From Lytechinus pictus (taxonomy: Eukaryota), in assembly GCF_037042905.1 (NCBI RefSeq), contig NC_087251.1:43154001-43218000 (forward strand): DNA of 64,000 nt, read 5' to 3'. The notes beneath the pieces were generated by a model, which searched no databases, had not been told where the DNA came from, and worked only from the letters and a program-made list of their open reading frames with translations. The position numbers were made by a program, and so were the translations under genes. Below are positions 61,001 to 64,000 of the stretch, one piece after another (the first letter of the stretch is position 1; each line of letters opens with the position of its first letter).

Positions 61001-64000
61001 TACCTTACCATTACTCCATACTGAATACTCCAAAAGAAGAAATACATATCAATCATACAAGCGAATAGTAAAATCATGACTATGTAATTCATTGTTATAG
61101 TTGCTACTGTAATGATGCATGGAATTCCATATCAGTGTAGCAAAAATCTTTTTCGGGTCCATTTGCAAAAAAAAAAAGAAGATCCCTCAAATACAGGAAA
61201 CCATATTAAATATTTCATGAATAGGAGGATCTTTACAAGAGGAATGGCAGTGTTTATATCAATGCTTTGAAGTTTTCTCGAAGAAATCTCTCTGATGGAT
61301 ACATATTGGGTCATTTATTAGAAAGATAAACTAATTTGCAACTGAAAGAGAAGGGAATAGGAAGTTTCAAATCCTTTCTAGCCTTTCAAAATTTCATGTA
61401 AATTTGAAGAAAAATGTGAGAAATTATAAGGAAGATGCCTCAATGAGTGTCAACTTGTGATGTATGTATGGCCGTATAACCAGCTTATCTAGATCATCAT
61501 TAATCAATTACTCATCCACTCCTAAGAAGATTGATCAAACAATCTATCAAGCAAGGGAAAAGCCGGGGCACAATTAATAATCAACCCCTTACTACTTGGT
61601 CTCATTAAGAAAAGACGTATATGACTAGAATCAACATCCCAAACGAGATGGGGTTCCTATAACGACCCGAGCCGTGCCTCCACCCGCGACAACGATGAGA
61701 AGAAATATCTGTCATTAGTCCAGAAACATTAATCAAAAATTCATTTCTTTAATTTGTTTGGATGGGGGAATCCCTGAGCTAGCTGGAGTATGGATTTGTA
61801 ATGACTTTGCTCTGTGACTAATGCAGACTTCAACGGTGAACAGCAGTAAGCTGAGGTATACCCTCTGATGTTAGTCTCGAAATGCAGACACTAATCACGC
61901 ACCCATATCTTTCCCATTTGACCTCTGTATTACCCTCATGTCGATACTAACAGAAACACTATCATCATGATCCTGTGACATACCTAGGGGGGACCGGGGG
62001 CACCAGTTGGGTTCGGTGAAGGTGCTTTAAAGGAAAAAGGGGGAAGAAAAATTATCTTGTGAGATGTCACATCTTCAGTTTTTGAGTTCCTACAAGTTGG
62101 ATGTCACATAAGAAATTTCATCTTCAAAGAAATTATGTTGGCTAAAAATAAGAGAATAAATCATGAAGTAGTTCTTTCTTAACTTTCAAAATAGGAACTT
62201 TTCTTCGAAAATTTCTCTCCACTTTATGTATTTTTTTCTCCAGTTCTGGGTTAATATGGAGACAAGGATCAAAGAAGGGTCTGCATTTGACAATGTAGAC
62301 TAAATTAAAAGCTTTTTATTCTTCCATTTCTTGGCATCGACTGGCTCCATCATGAATGATGCTGCATTGAAGAGGCCAGGTGGTTATATCAAGTGTGTAA
62401 ACTTCAATCCTCGTTCATCACTCTCTCCGACTTGAAACAAACTAGAATGAGGATTAGTGTACTTGCTTACTTTTTATGATATTTTCTGCTTTCGAATGTC
62501 ATGTTTTTCTAAATATTTGCCATGATATTACTATCTCATTGGTTTCTGGTACCCTATGACAGGATATGCACTGGAGGTTTTTTATTACACATCAGGAAAT
62601 AAATTTTGTGATATCATTTTCCTTGTAAAAATTGTACATATCAGTGATATGCCATTTATAATAATTAAAAACAAATTGTGTATGTATATTCATATTTTTC
62701 TCAAACAAGATGGGATATTGGATTTTATATCAATATTGAATGTGAAGTATCTATTACAATCTAAATTGATGGAAATGACAATTTACCATGCTTTTCTCAA
62801 TAAATAAAAATTAAACCCTCATAAAAGCCTTATTGTTTGAAAAAGCAGAATAAAAAAACCCCCTGAATTCCATTTCAATAAACGCAACTAATGGGCCTAC
62901 TAAGAAAAATCTCTTCATTGCTCCTTGTGAAAGAGAAAATTTCTTAGAAAATGCAAAGATTTTCAGAAAAACAACAACTGACGAGCAATTAAAGGAAGAC
63001 CAATCATGCCAAAAGTGATAATGAATTGTTTTTGTCCATGAAACCAGTCCCTTCCAGCCTGCAACCAGAGAAATATTGTTATGATAACTAGTGGAACAGG
63101 AGTGTCCAAGAGCCTTGGGACAGTTGATGATATCCTCTAGCTCTCCAGAGGAAACATCTAGCTGTCATGTCCAATCAAATAAAATTACCCTCGATCATCT
63201 AATTAATCACCTCTTAAACATAATGGTAGAAGACAAGACAAGAAGGCTCCCTAAATTCCTTTGTTGTTTCTGGGCCTTGCCGACCCATGCACCGAGCCCC
63301 GCTCGGTCGTCGGCCAATTTACATCGCATTATTTTCACACCTTGTCTCTTGAGGAAACATGACGGTTTCCACACTGTTGCACAACAACAAAAGATGTGGC
63401 TCCACTCCTGCCCCGAGGCCTATAAACGCCACCACGATAATGACGACGATCATTCCGCCCTTCAACGCAAATTCACCAATATGGTGTGGCTAATAAAGAA
63501 TGCCGGTATGGCTGTGGACTCGGACTCTCTGATGAAAAGTGCAGCGGGGAATAGGAGCACATTTATTGTGCCATTTAGCAGCTGATAAGGCATGGTTGTG
63601 AAGTGCTTTTCTTCACACTGCCCCCTCTCCTTAAAAAGCCGACACTAATCTCTCCCACCAGAAGCTGAAAGGAACAAGAGAGTGGGGAAATGTTGTTAAT
63701 GATGACTTCTCTATCACAGTGTGCGTAATTGACTTTGTCTTGCGGAAAGGCGTAGACAAAGGCGATTCCCCTAAAAGACGGATGAACCTTGACGAATAGT
63801 ACAAGGCCAGGAAGTAGGCCATTTATCAAGATGGCCCCCATTTTGCTTGTTCAAGAAATTTACATTTAGCAAATAATTTTCATACTCCTCTTGCACAATG
63901 CTACTTAACTCATTACTGAACCTCTACGCTAGCAGCACACACTTAGTTAATGGAAATATTAAGGTCACAGAATTATTCTGGAAGTGGCCTGAATCATACA

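Noticed and set aside
35120..62280. Scattered TCF/LEF-like ATCAAAG sites
   Set aside because: A 7-mer this AT-rich is expected many times by chance in 64 kb, and no tight cluster was seen.
47580..64000. Upstream KIF26 exons or a separate gene (ORFs 56036-56497, 57394-57825, 63091-63585)
   Set aside because: No KIF26 N-terminal similarity (e.g. an S.F.R-ending phase-2 exon) or other domain recognised. Treated as intron; a short divergent exon could have been missed.

Overview
Animal genomic DNA, AT-rich with spliceosomal GT-AG introns. The repeat families resemble sea-urchin/echinoderm repeats, so the host assignment is an inference. Most of the window is a minus-strand kinesin-11 family gene (KIF26A/B-like). 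I traced 11 phase-consistent coding exons from 47579 down to the stop at 12416, including one 3784-bp exon, plus a likely symmetric cassette exon carrying SPSK/SPKK motifs. The 5' exons are not visible and probably lie beyond 64000. The most striking object is a 6.7-kb DIRS1-type tyrosine-recombinase retroelement at 1556-8277 (minus strand). Its ~150-bp inverted terminal repeats and internal complementary region (ICR) are essentially perfect, while its RT/RNaseH/YR coding core is heavily decayed, which points to a non-autonomous element mobilised in trans. Other notable structure: a 110-bp tandem array that starts inside the last KIF26 codons and reiterates the stop codon, a local duplication that copies a splice acceptor, many short Harbinger-like and TA-flanked MITEs, and a (GAT)n microsatellite. 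I found no tRNA, rRNA or CRISPR features. All alignments and translations were done by eye.
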